NCBI GenBank assembly: GCA_031548115.1
Contig: JAVBRJ010000004.1
Location: 8,181-72,180, forward strand
Origin: Eubacteriales bacterium
GTDB taxonomy: Bacteria; Bacillota; Clostridia; Christensenellales; Aristaeellaceae
Reading direction: 5' to 3'
Length of the DNA stretch: 64,000 bases
Shown: positions 1 through 8,533 of the stretch, in pieces
Numbering within the stretch: the first letter of the stretch is position 1
Layout: each line of letters starts with the position of its first letter
The notes under the pieces: generated by a model
Seen by the model: the letters and a program-made list of their open reading frames with translations, nothing else
Told to the model about the DNA's origin: nothing
The model's database searches: none
Program-made: the position numbers and the translations under genes

Positions 1-398
1 GGGTACAGCTCCTGGGGAATTTTTAGCTCCGTGGCGGAGCAGAGCATGCCCTCGCTGACCGTGCCCCGCAGCTTGCCCTTTTTGATCTTCATCCCGCCGG
101 GGAGCCTCGCCCCGTCCAGGGCCACCGGCACCAGCTTGCCCGCCGCTACGTTAGGCGCGCCGCAAACGATCTGCAGCAGGGCCTCCTGGCCCACGTCCAC
201 CGTGCACACATGCAGGTGGTCGCTGCCCTCCAGGTTTTCGCAGGTGATGACCTTGCCCACCACCACGTTTTCGATCTCCTCGCCCATATCCTCTACGCCC
301 TCTACCGCAGTGCCAGTCATAATCATCCGCTCGGCGTATTCAGCGGGCGTTACGGAAATATCCGCATACTCCCGAAGCATTTTCAAAGAAAGTTTCAT
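1..398 (-). CDS. pheT: Phenylalanine--tRNA ligase beta subunit, N-terminal part (gene continues past the left edge)
   Basis: The minus-strand frame is open from the ATG at 398 to position 1. It translates MKLSLKMLREYADISVTPAEYAERMIMTGTAVEGVEDMGEEIENVVVGKVITCENLEGSDHLHVCTVDVG..., which matches the tRNA-binding N-terminus of PheRS beta. It starts 15 nt after the pheS stop. It is absent from the ORF track because no stop lies in the window. Confidence 0.85.
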   Translation of the reverse strand, partial: MKLSLKMLREYADISVTPAEYAERMIMTGTAVEGVEDMGEEIENVVVGKVITCENLEGSDHLHVCTVDVGQEALLQIVCGAPNVAAGKLVPVALDGARLPGGMKIKKGKLRGTVSEGMLCSATELKIPQELY

Positions 399-413
399 AT
401 GTCCTGTACCTCC

Positions 414-1442
414 TTACCGCAGTTGAGACAGAAGCCGTGCGTCGCCCTCGTATAAAAGCCGCATATCCCGGATGCCGTAGCGCTTCATGGCGATACGCTC
501 CAGGCCGATGCCAAAGGCGAAGCCGCTGTACTTGGTGCTGTCGATGCCGCACATTTCCAGCACCTTGGGGTTCACCATGCCGCTGCCCAGCATTTCGATC
601 CAGCCCGTACCCTTGCAGATGCGGCAGCCCTTGCCATGGCATTCCACGCAGGTCAGGTCCACCTCGGCGCTGGGCTCCGTGAAGGGGAAGAAGCTGGGCC
701 GGAAGCGAATGGCGGTGTCCTCGCCGTACAGCTTCTTGGCGAAGGCTTCCAGGGTGGCCCGAAGGTTGGCCATGGAGGCGTGCTCGTCCACTACCAGCCC
801 CTCCATTTGATGGAAGACCGGGCTATGGGTGGCGTCCACCTCGTCCGCCCGGTACACCCGGCCGGGACAGATGATGCGGATAGGCGGCTTGCGGGTCAGC
901 ATGGCCCGAGCCTGCATGGGGCTGGTGTGGGTACGCAGCACGATATTATCGTCCATATAGAAGGTATCCTGGGCATCCCGGGCGGGATGGTTCTTGGGCA
1001 GGTTCATCAGCTCGAAGTTATAATGGTCCAGCTCCACCTCCGGGCCTTCCATCACCTCAAAGCCCAAGCCCGTAAAGCATTCGATCAGCTCATTCATCAC
1101 CAGCGTGATGGGGTGGGCGCTGCCCACCTTGGGCAGGGCGTGGGGCTCGGTCACGTCGATGGTCTCCGCCTGCAGCGCCAACTGCATCTCCAGGCTTTCC
1201 AGGCGCTTTTGCCTTTCCTCCAGCAACTGCTCCACCCAGCGGCGCACCTCGTTGATCTGCGCGCCCGCCACAGGCCGTTCCTCCGGGGACAGCTGGCCCA
1301 GATTCTTCAGCAGTGCCGTCAGGTCGCCCTTCTTGCCCAATATTCTCACCCGCAGGGCCTCCAGGGCCGCCGTGCCCTCCAGCACTTCCATATCTTCCGC
1401 TGCCCGGCGCTTGATCTCCTGCAACGTTTCCATGATCGTCAT
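414..1442 (-). CDS. pheS: Phenylalanine--tRNA ligase alpha subunit
   Basis: 342-aa ORF with class II motifs (FYMDDNIVLRTHTSPMQAR, FRPSFFPFTEPSAEVD, GFAFGIGLERIAM). RBS AAAGGAGG lies upstream, and pheT and a T-box leader are adjacent. Confidence 0.97.
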   Translation of the reverse strand: MTIMETLQEIKRRAAEDMEVLEGTAALEALRVRILGKKGDLTALLKNLGQLSPEERPVAGAQINEVRRWVEQLLEERQKRLESLEMQLALQAETIDVTEPHALPKVGSAHPITLVMNELIECFTGLGFEVMEGPEVELDHYNFELMNLPKNHPARDAQDTFYMDDNIVLRTHTSPMQARAMLTRKPPIRIICPGRVYRADEVDATHSPVFHQMEGLVVDEHASMANLRATLEAFAKKLYGEDTAIRFRPSFFPFTEPSAEVDLTCVECHGKGCRICKGTGWIEMLGSGMVNPKVLEMCGIDSTKYSGFAFGIGLERIAMKRYGIRDMRLLYEGDARLLSQLR

Positions 1443-1454
1443 AACCCATCCTCC

Positions 1455-1790
1455 TTTTCTCCATAGAAAAAGCCTTCACCCCATGGCATACATGGGACGA
1501 AGGCGAATTGCCGCGTGGTACCACCCAAATTTCACACAGGGAGGGCCTCGCCCTTTTTTCCCGATGTGCTCATTGCCGATAACGGGGCTGAACCGCTTCC
1601 CTCTACTCAGCTATTCGGCCGCCCGCTGCCTACGGCAGGGTCGCGGCTATGCGCAGCCTTTCAAAGAAAATGCTCAGAAGTGAATGTCCCGGGATCACAG
1701 TGGGCGGCTTTCAGCCTGCTTTCGCATGCCGCCTTCTCTTGCCAGCGATCCTTGCCGGGCGCTTGTCTTCGTCATAGCAAGGGGTTGAAA
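1455..1790 (-). promoter_or_regulatory. T-box riboswitch leader (Phe specifier) of pheST
   Basis: The T-box sequence AATTTGGGTGGTACCACGCGG is the reverse complement of 1511-1531. A terminator hairpin CCTTCGTCCCATG/CATGGGGTGAAGG plus T5 lies at 1467-1502. K-turn-like ATGACGAAGA and AGAGA elements are present. The candidate specifier TTC followed by A lies at 1682-1684. Confidence 0.85.
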
Positions 1791-1798
1791 TTGGATGC

Positions 1799-1827
1799 AT
1801 TATAGCACGTGGAGGCAAAGTTTGCAA
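1799..1827 (-). promoter_or_regulatory. Sigma-70 type promoter for the pheST leader
   Basis: On the minus strand: TTGCAA (1822-1827), 17-nt spacer, TGC-TATAAT (-10 at 1799-1804). Confidence 0.6.
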
Positions 1828-1963
1828 GCTGAATGCACTTTTTTAAGCGTGCTTTTTGTCAGGCTTATTTTCTTCTTGCCATTTTTTCTTTTCCTTTGTT
1901 ATTATAGTTTCATATTACATCCCCTTTTTATACTGCACTTATCGACTACTTAGGAGGAACAGC

Positions 1964-3571
1964 ATGGCGATCTATCTCAAAAACGGCACCCTCTACGACG
2001 GCCTGGGAAATCCCCCCGTTACTGGTGGCCTGCTCATCGAAGGCGACCGCATCACGGCCCTCACCGATCCCCTGGCAGATGCTCCGAATACCCCGCCCTG
2101 TGGCTCGGACGTGACCACCATCGACTGCACCGGCAAGTGGGTCATGCCTGGCTTTATTGATGCACACTCTCACAACGATTTCTTTGCCCTTCGCCAGGAC
2201 AGCGAAAAATTCTTTAAGCCCTTTGTCCAGCAGGGCATCACTTCCTTTGTGGTGGGCAACTGTGGCTTCTCCGCCAGCGGCTTTGATCCGGCCTCCCCGT
2301 ATGCTCAGCAGATCGGCGGCGGCCTGTTCGCCCTGGATGAAGAAAGCCTGGCCCTGGGGGCCTACCCTGCCTGGACCAAAGCGGCCAACGCCTGCGCCTC
2401 GGCCAATCTGGCCCCGCTCGCAGGCCACGGCACCGCCCGCATCGGTGCAAACGGCAAGGGCAGCCAGCCCTTGACCCCGGAGCGCAGGCAGGAAATGCTG
2501 GCCCAGCTGGATATCGCCCTTCAAAACGGTGCGCCCGGCTGCTCCCTGGGCCTTATGTACGAGCCGGGCATCTTTGCCCCTCAGGAGGAGCTGCTGGAGG
2601 TGGCCCGGTTGGTCAAAAAACACGACCGCATCCTCACCGTACACCCCAAGGCGGAAAGCACCGTCTCCCTCTCCTATCCCCTTTTGGGCAAGAGCCACCT
2701 GCTCCGCGCCCTGGAGGAGCTGGCGGATATCGTGCGCCAGACGGGGGTGCGCCTCCAGTACAGCCACCTGATCTTTGTTGGCCGCCGGACCTGGAGGGAC
2801 GAGGACAAGGCCTTGGCTATTTTCAAACAGCTTAAGGACGAGGGCTTCGATGTCCAGTTTGACATGTACCCCTTAAACTACGGGGCCTCTGTCATTACCG
2901 TGGTGATGCCGGAATGGTTCATGAAGCTGCCTGCCGAAAAGCGCCTGTCGAAATGGACCCGCCTTAAGCTGCGGGTGATGATCCAGGTGACCACCGCGCT
3001 GCTGGGCTTTGGCTTCCCGGATATCACCATCGCCTACGCCGGGGATGAACACCCGGACTGGATCGGTAAGACCATCCCGGAGCTGGCGGATATGTGGGGC
3101 TGCTCTCATTTCAACGCCTACCTTCGCACCTGTGAGGAAAGCGGCTTCCAGGCGGCGGTGCTCCAAAGCGGCTACCAGAACCAGGGGCTCATGCGCCGTC
3201 TCATGCGCCATCCTCTGTCCCTGTATATGACCGATGCCTGGGTGACGGAAAAGGGCAAGCAAAACGGTGGCATTTACGGGGCCTTCCCCATGTTCCTGGA
3301 GGAGGCCCGCGCCATAGGCGTGCCTATAGAGGCAGCCGTTGCCAAAATGACCGGCCTTACCGCCAAGCGCTTCCAGCTTAAGGACCGGGGCTTGCTGCGG
3401 CCCGGAGCCTTTGCGGATGTGACTGTGGTAGACCCCGCCGCCCTCAAGAGCCGCATCGACGAGGAGCTTCCGCCCCTGGGCATTGAGCAGGTGCTCATGA
3501 ACGGCCAGTTTGTCCTTAGGGATGGGGCCTTTGTTGGCGGGGTCAAGGCGGGGCAGGTCTTGACGGTGTGA
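1964..3571 (+). CDS. N-acyl-D-amino-acid deacylase (D-aminoacylase) family amidohydrolase
   Basis: The start is taken at ATG 1964 behind TAGGAGG; the longer ORF-track start at 1856 has no RBS. Family features include the GFIDAHSHND metal motif, an N-terminal composite beta-barrel pattern (LKNGTLYDG...IEGDRI) and the C-terminal RGLLRPGAFADVTVVDP. Confidence 0.85.
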   Translation: MAIYLKNGTLYDGLGNPPVTGGLLIEGDRITALTDPLADAPNTPPCGSDVTTIDCTGKWVMPGFIDAHSHNDFFALRQDSEKFFKPFVQQGITSFVVGNCGFSASGFDPASPYAQQIGGGLFALDEESLALGAYPAWTKAANACASANLAPLAGHGTARIGANGKGSQPLTPERRQEMLAQLDIALQNGAPGCSLGLMYEPGIFAPQEELLEVARLVKKHDRILTVHPKAESTVSLSYPLLGKSHLLRALEELADIVRQTGVRLQYSHLIFVGRRTWRDEDKALAIFKQLKDEGFDVQFDMYPLNYGASVITVVMPEWFMKLPAEKRLSKWTRLKLRVMIQVTTALLGFGFPDITIAYAGDEHPDWIGKTIPELADMWGCSHFNAYLRTCEESGFQAAVLQSGYQNQGLMRRLMRHPLSLYMTDAWVTEKGKQNGGIYGAFPMFLEEARAIGVPIEAAVAKMTGLTAKRFQLKDRGLLRPGAFADVTVVDPAALKSRIDEELPPLGIEQVLMNGQFVLRDGAFVGGVKAGQVLTV

Positions 3572-3594
3572 TGGGCCTTTTATCATAAGCTCTA

Positions 3595-3640
3595 CAGAGG
3601 ATGTCTCAGAGGATTGAGGCATCCTCTGCTTTGTCTTGTG
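3595..3640 (+). terminator. Hairpin terminator candidate after the deacylase gene
   Basis: CAGAGGATG (3595-3603) pairs with CATCCTCTG (3620-3628), followed by a T-rich tract CTTTGTCTTGTG. Confidence 0.5.
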
Positions 3641-3859
3641 TGTGCCCAAGTGCTCCCAAGTGCTCCCAAGTTGCCCCCAAGTTGTCCTAACAAATTCTTG
3701 CATCTTTCCCCAAGCTGTGCTATCATGCTTTTATTACTTGTATTCTTTATGCACACGGAATTTTACACAAGCCCGCCCCATTATTTCCCTTTTTTAGTTC
3801 GCTGAATTTGTCTGATTTTATTACGGCAGGGTCCTTCCCCGCCGCAAGGAGGCTTACCC

Positions 3860-4933
3860 ATGGATCCCAAATACCAAGCCGTTGCCGACGCACTCCGCCG
3901 GGACATTGCCGCAGGGGTCTACCAGGACGGGGAGACCCTGCTCACCGAGGCGGAGCTTAAGATCCGCTTCGGGGTCAGCCGCCAGACCGTGCGGCAGGCC
4001 ATTGCCCTTCTGGAGAGCGACGGGCTGGTCATCCGCCGCCGAGGCAGCGGCACCTACGTCAGCCATGGCCCCCGCAAGCGCACCGGTGTGGTGCAGGTAG
4101 GGGTCATTACCACCTACATCACCGACTACATCTTCCCCTCCATCGTCCGGGGCATCGAAAGCGTCCTCTCCACGGAAAACTGCATGATGAGCCTTTCCGC
4201 TACCTACAATCATACCAGCCGGGAAAGGGTCCTGCTGGAGCGCTTTTTGGAATCCCCGGTGGATGGCCTCATCATCGAGGGCACCAAGACCGCCCTGCCC
4301 AATCCCAACATCGCCCTGTACGAAAAGCTTTGGGAGCGGAACATCCCCTTCCTTTTCATCAACGGCTTCTATCCCCAGCTGCACCACAGCACCCACGTGG
4401 TCACCGATGATGAGGCAGGAGGGCGGTTGGCTGTGGAGAGCCTGGCCGCCAAGGGCCACACCCGCATCGCGGGTATATTCAAAAGCGATGATATGCAGGG
4501 CCACCTGCGCTACCAGGGCTTTTCTGCCGCGCTGCAGGGCCTGGGTCTCCCTGTCCGGGACGAAAACATTTGCTGGTTCACCACCGAAAACAAGCTCACC
4601 TTCCTGGGCGAGGGCACGGGCAAGGCCTTCCTCAGCAGGCTTCGGGGCCATGTGGATGCCCTGGTATGCTACAACGACGAGATCGCCCTGCGGCTGATGG
4701 ATGCTCTCAAGGAGGCGGGCCTGTCAGTGCCGGAGGATGTCTCCCTCATCAGCTTTGACAACAGCGCCTATGCGGGCATCTGCACCCCCCGGCTCTCCTC
4801 CCTCAGCCATCCCAAGGACGAGTTTGGCCGCATCGCCGCCTCCAAGCTCTTGAAAATGATCAGCGGCGAAAAGGAAACTAGCTCCGTCATGGGCTGGCAG
4901 CTGGTGGCGCGGGACAGCATCCGTTCCCGATAA
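3860..4933 (+). CDS. araR: AraR-type regulator (GntR HTH N-terminus plus LacI/PBP1-like sugar-binding C-terminus)
   Basis: The N-terminus YQAVADALRRDIAAGVYQDGETLLTEAELKIRFGVSRQTVRQAIALLESDGLVIRRRGSGTYV is a GntR wHTH. The C-terminal 280 aa is periplasmic-binding-fold like. The gene lies directly upstream of araA-araD. Confidence 0.85.
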   Translation: MDPKYQAVADALRRDIAAGVYQDGETLLTEAELKIRFGVSRQTVRQAIALLESDGLVIRRRGSGTYVSHGPRKRTGVVQVGVITTYITDYIFPSIVRGIESVLSTENCMMSLSATYNHTSRERVLLERFLESPVDGLIIEGTKTALPNPNIALYEKLWERNIPFLFINGFYPQLHHSTHVVTDDEAGGRLAVESLAAKGHTRIAGIFKSDDMQGHLRYQGFSAALQGLGLPVRDENICWFTTENKLTFLGEGTGKAFLSRLRGHVDALVCYNDEIALRLMDALKEAGLSVPEDVSLISFDNSAYAGICTPRLSSLSHPKDEFGRIAASKLLKMISGEKETSSVMGWQLVARDSIRSR

Positions 4934-4960
4934 ATTTTCGTTCCCCCACACCCTTTCCTC

Positions 4961-4989
4961 TTGTCAGGCGGAAGCATTTGTGGTATGCT
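4961..4989 (+). promoter_or_regulatory. Promoter of araA-araD
   Basis: TTGTCA (4961-4966), 17-nt spacer ending in TGG, TATGCT (4984-4989). Confidence 0.55.
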
Positions 4990-4997
4990 GTTTTCAT

Positions 4998-5015
4998 AAT
5001 TAGTACGTACAACTA
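4998..5015. promoter_or_regulatory. AraR operator candidate
   Basis: AATTAGTACGTACAACTA contains the GTACGTAC palindromic core of the Bacillus-type AraR box (A-TTGTACGTACAA-T). It is positioned just downstream of the -10. Confidence 0.6.
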
Positions 5016-5062
5016 TGTTGTTTCCATACCCCCTATTTTACTATAACAAGGAGGCTTTCCCA

Positions 5063-6541
5063 ATGAAACTTAAGCAGTACGATTTCTGGTTTATCTGCGG
5101 TACCCAGGCCCTGTACGGAGACGAATGCATCCGCCAGGAGGAGGAGCATTGCCGCATCATGACCGAAGCCCTCAACAAGGACGAAAGCATCGTGGGCAAT
5201 ATCGTCTTTAAGGGCGCGGTGCTGGACAGCCAGTCCATCACCGACGTGATCATCCAAGCCAATGCCGACCCGGACTGCGCCGGCATCATCGCCTGGATGC
5301 ACACCTTCAGCCCCAGCAAAATGTGGATCAGCGGCCTGACCAAGCTGCAAAAACCCTACCTGCACTGGAACACCCAGTTTAGCCGGGATATCCCCTGGGG
5401 CTCCATAGACATGGATTACATGAACCTGAACCAGTCCGCCCACGGCGACCGGGAGCACGGCTTCATCGGCGCCCGCCTGCGCCTGCCCCGCAAGGTCATC
5501 GCCGGTCACTGGGAGGATGAGAAGATCCGCGGCCGCATGAGCCACTGGATGCGCAGCGCCATTGGCGCCCTGGAAAGCCGCAAGCTGAAGGTATGCCGCT
5601 TTGGCGACAACATGCGCGATGTGGCCGTCACCGAAGGCGATAAGGTGGAAGCCGAGATCAAGCTGGGCTGGAGCGTTAACACCTGGGGCATCGGCGATCT
5701 CATCGCCCGGGTGGATGCCGTTACCGAAGCCCAGATCGACGCAAAAATGGCCGAGTACAAAGAAAAATACGACCTCAAGACCGACAATATCGACGCGGTC
5801 CGCTACCAGGCCAAGGAAGAGGTGGCCCTGGAGCAGTTCCTCACCGAGGGCGGCTTCGGCGCTTTCACCGATACCTTCCAGGACCTGCAGCAGCTTAAGC
5901 AGCTCATGGGCCTGGCCACCCAGAACCTGATGGGCAAGGGCATCGGCTTTGGCGGCGAGGGCGACTGGAAGATCGCCGCTTTGGACCGCATCATGAAGCT
6001 GATGGCTCAGGGCCTTAATGGCGGCACCGCCTTTATGGAGGACTACAGCTATCACATGGAGCCCGGCAACGAAGGCATCCTGGGTGCCCACATGCTGGAG
6101 GTTGACCCGGATATCGCCGCCGATCGTCCCTGGATCGAGGTGCATCCCCTGGGTATCGGCGACCGCGAGGACCCTGCCCGCCTATGCTTCAACACTGGCG
6201 ACGGCAAAGCCATCGTAGCCACCCTTATCGACATGGGCGACCGGTTCCGCATGATCGTCAACGATGTGGAGGCCTGCTCCCCCTTCCAGGATATGCCCAA
6301 GCTGCCCACCGCCCGCGTTATGTGGAAGCCCCTGCCCGACCTGTCCACCTCCGCCGAGGCCTGGATCCTGGCTGGCGGCGCCCACCACACCGTGCTCAGC
6401 TATTCCCTGGATGCCGAGCATATGCGCGACTTCTGCGAGATCATGGGCATCGAATTTATCCACATCACCAAGGATACCACCATCCCACAGCTTAGCAAGG
6501 AGCTGCAGTGGAATGATATCGTGTGGAGAATGCGCGGGTAA
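5063..6541 (+). CDS. araA: L-arabinose isomerase
   Basis: Start ATG 5063 lies behind [28 protein letters not shown]..., [11 protein letters not shown] and [14 protein letters not shown] are characteristic AraA segments. About 492 aa. Confidence 0.95.
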   Translation: MKLKQYDFWFICGTQALYGDECIRQEEEHCRIMTEALNKDESIVGNIVFKGAVLDSQSITDVIIQANADPDCAGIIAWMHTFSPSKMWISGLTKLQKPYLHWNTQFSRDIPWGSIDMDYMNLNQSAHGDREHGFIGARLRLPRKVIAGHWEDEKIRGRMSHWMRSAIGALESRKLKVCRFGDNMRDVAVTEGDKVEAEIKLGWSVNTWGIGDLIARVDAVTEAQIDAKMAEYKEKYDLKTDNIDAVRYQAKEEVALEQFLTEGGFGAFTDTFQDLQQLKQLMGLATQNLMGKGIGFGGEGDWKIAALDRIMKLMAQGLNGGTAFMEDYSYHMEPGNEGILGAHMLEVDPDIAADRPWIEVHPLGIGDREDPARLCFNTGDGKAIVATLIDMGDRFRMIVNDVEACSPFQDMPKLPTARVMWKPLPDLSTSAEAWILAGGAHHTVLSYSLDAEHMRDFCEIMGIEFIHITKDTTIPQLSKELQWNDIVWRMRG

Positions 6542-6665
6542 CCAGGGCTTCGCCCTGGACCCTTCTTTGACTGCGCTACGCCCAGTCAAGACTTTCGTCA
6601 ATTGCAGCATGCCTGTGCCTGAAAAGATCCAGGTGCAGGCATGCCTTTTAAAAAGGAGAAAGCCT

Positions 6666-7370
6666 ATGCTTGAACAGCTAAAAAAAGAAGTCTATGAAGC
6701 CAATATGCTGCTGCCCCGGCATCAGCTGGTCACCTTCACCTGGGGCAATGTCTCCGGCATCGACCGGGAGGCGGGCCTGTACGTTATCAAGCCCTCCGGC
6801 GTGCCCTACGAGCAGTTGGCCCCAGAGGATATGGTGGTCATGGACCTGAACGGCCGCAAGGTGGAAGGCAAAATGAACCCCTCCAGCGATACCCCCACAC
6901 ATACGGTCCTGTACAACCGCTTTCCCGGCCTGGGCGGCATCGTGCACACCCACAGCCGCTGGGCCACCATCTGGGCCCAGGCCGGCCGAGAGATCCCCGC
7001 CTATGGCACCACCCACGCGGATTACATCTACGGCCCCGTGCCCATCACCCGGGCTCTCACCCAGGAGGAGGTGGAGCGGGCCTACGAAATGGAGACTGGC
7101 CATGTAATCGCCAGCCATTTCGAGGATAATGGCATCGACACCGCCGCTGTGCCCTGCGTGCTGGTCCGCAACCATGGCCCCTTCACCTGGGGCAAGGATG
7201 CCATCGAGGCCGTCCATAACGCCGTTGTCCTGGAGGAGGTCGCCATGATGGCCTGGCACACCGAGGCCCTCCCCGGCGGGCCCTCCGATGGCCGCCGCCT
7301 GCCGGAATACGTAAAAGAAAAGCATTACACCCGCAAGCACGGCCCTAATGCTTATTATGGACAGAAGTAG
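6666..7370 (+). CDS. araD: L-ribulose-5-phosphate 4-epimerase
   Basis: Start ATG 6666 lies behind AAAGGAGAAAG. The class II aldolase/epimerase pattern is present: [41 protein letters not shown]. 234 aa. Confidence 0.93.
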   Translation: MLEQLKKEVYEANMLLPRHQLVTFTWGNVSGIDREAGLYVIKPSGVPYEQLAPEDMVVMDLNGRKVEGKMNPSSDTPTHTVLYNRFPGLGGIVHTHSRWATIWAQAGREIPAYGTTHADYIYGPVPITRALTQEEVERAYEMETGHVIASHFEDNGIDTAAVPCVLVRNHGPFTWGKDAIEAVHNAVVLEEVAMMAWHTEALPGGPSDGRRLPEYVKEKHYTRKHGPNAYYGQK

Positions 7371-7418
7371 ACCGGAACCCCAGTAGGGGCTCCGCCCCTG
7401 CGCCGTTCCCCCGCTCAT

Positions 7419-7465
7419 AAAAAAACGGCTTCCTTCTCCTATTTGGAAAGAGGAAGCCGTTTTTA
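7419..7465. terminator. Bidirectional rho-independent terminator
   Basis: A 10-bp stem ACGGCTTCCT (7425-7434) / AGGAAGCCGT (7451-7460) is flanked by an A-run and a T-run. It sits between convergent araD and the DUF1540-like gene. Confidence 0.7.
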
Positions 7466-7475
7466 TGGGTAAAGC

Positions 7476-7643
7476 TTACTTAGTGTGATAGCTGGAGCAC
7501 AGGCTCTCCTCGCAATCGCCGCTGGCGCAGCCGTCCCGGGGGGCTACCTTGATGCTCTCCAGCTGGCACAGGCTTTTGCCGTCGTGATGCTTGCAACTGG
7601 CCACATCGCAATGGATACATTGGTTGTTCTTAGGGAAGGACAT
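7476..7643 (-). CDS. Small Cys-rich protein, DUF1540-like (55 aa)
   Basis: It is not in the ORF track because it is under 60 aa. ATG 7643 lies behind AAAGGAGGTG. Translation: MSFPKNNQCIHCDVASCKHHDGKSLCQLESIKVAPRDGCASGDCEESLCSSYHTK. The C-x2-C...C-x...C spacing resembles DUF1540 proteins of Firmicutes. Confidence 0.6.
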   Translation of the reverse strand: MSFPKNNQCIHCDVASCKHHDGKSLCQLESIKVAPRDGCASGDCEESLCSSYHTK

Positions 7644-7729
7644 TTCAAACACCTCCTTTGATGCTCACAGTATGCCCGAAGCCAAGACGGCCCATGCACG
7701 GTAATGCCGCCATCCAGCCAATAGCAACG

Positions 7730-7856
7730 CTGCCAACACACCGCCAACAACACCGTCAACACAACACCGACAACAACACCGCCGACACAACGCCGTCAAC
7801 AACACTGACAACAACACTGACAACACAACACCGTCAACACCACCACGCCGCCAACC
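7730..7856. repeat. C/A-rich degenerate tandem array (unit about 12 nt, CAACAACACCGN)
   Basis: Read directly: CAACACACCGC CAACAACACCGT CAACACAACACCGA CAACAACACCGCCGA CACAACGCCGT CAACAACACTGA CAACAACACTGA CAACACAACACCGT CAACACCACCACGCCGC. It lies in the divergent intergenic region between the DUF1540-like gene and queT. Confidence 0.6.
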
Positions 7857-7947
7857 CTACAATGGACCTCGACTGAAAACCCGCTTCGTGGTATACTTAA
7901 TGGGCTTGTGCGGCTTTGCGCAGGCTACTACAAAGGAGGCCTTTTTT

Positions 7948-8430
7948 GTGAACAACCGCTTTTTTACCGTCAAAAATTTGACCCTTTCCGCCCTTATTGC
8001 AGCGCTTTATGCCGGACTGACCCTTCTTTTCCAGCCCATCAGCTATGGGGCGGTCCAGTTTCGCATTTCCGAAGCCCTGGCGCTTTTGCCCGTGCTTTTC
8101 CCGGCGGCTGTGCCCGGCCTGACAGTGGGCTGCCTGCTGGCTAACCTCATCGGCAGCGCCACCCCCTGGGATATTGTTTTCGGTACCCTGGCCACGCTGC
8201 TGGCCGCCCTTATGACCCGCCGCCTCCGCCATAACGAGTGGCTGGCCGCGCTGCCCCCTGTCCTTTTCAATGCGGTCATCGTGGGTCTAGTGCTGCATTT
8301 TACGCTGGCGTTGCCCCTTTTGCCCACCGTCCTTACCGTGGGCCTTGGGGAGCTGGTGGTGGTCTATGTGCTGGGAGTACCCATGATCAAGGCCCTGAAA
8401 AAAGCCAAGCTCCCGTCCTGGCTCTCCTGA
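7948..8430 (+). CDS. queT: QueT family queuosine-precursor transporter
   Basis: Start GTG 7948 lies 8 nt after AAAGGAGG. The protein is a 160-aa polytopic membrane protein; FRISEALALLPVLFPAAVPGLTVGCLLANLIGS...WDIVFGTLATLLAA is typical of QueT. Confidence 0.8.
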   Translation: MNNRFFTVKNLTLSALIAALYAGLTLLFQPISYGAVQFRISEALALLPVLFPAAVPGLTVGCLLANLIGSATPWDIVFGTLATLLAALMTRRLRHNEWLAALPPVLFNAVIVGLVLHFTLALPLLPTVLTVGLGELVVVYVLGVPMIKALKKAKLPSWLS

Positions 8431-8533
8431 TCTTTTGGAAATAATGGACCGCATCAGGAAAGCTTTTTCCATGGAAAATCGTTGTATATAGTGGATACTC
8501 TTTTGGGGATCGGGCAATAAGGAGGGGAGCCAA

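Noticed and set aside
1822-1827. The palindromic TTGCAA might also serve as a -35 for a plus-strand promoter of the deacylase gene.
   Set aside because: No acceptable -10 hexamer lies 16-18 nt downstream on the plus strand.
5033-6145. 370-aa ORF antisense to araA. Similar long antisense ORFs occur at 12666-13832, 13929-15011, 17684-18694, 18788-19957, 22028-23269, 24864-26042, 27226-28314, 28719-29597, 34766-35773, 36998-37810, 38999-39928, 41012-42067, 43030-44283, 44612-45595, 49998-51236, 58972-60726 and 61045-61887.
   Set aside because: All lie opposite genes with clear family identity. They translate to Gly/Ala/Arg/His/Leu-rich low-information sequence and lack RBSs. Long stop-free antisense frames are expected in high-GC DNA.
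7658-7876. 72-aa ORF running through the C/A-rich repeat array.
   Set aside because: The product is a low-complexity T/N/Q/H string dictated by the repeat. There is no RBS. I treat it as a translation artefact of the repeat.
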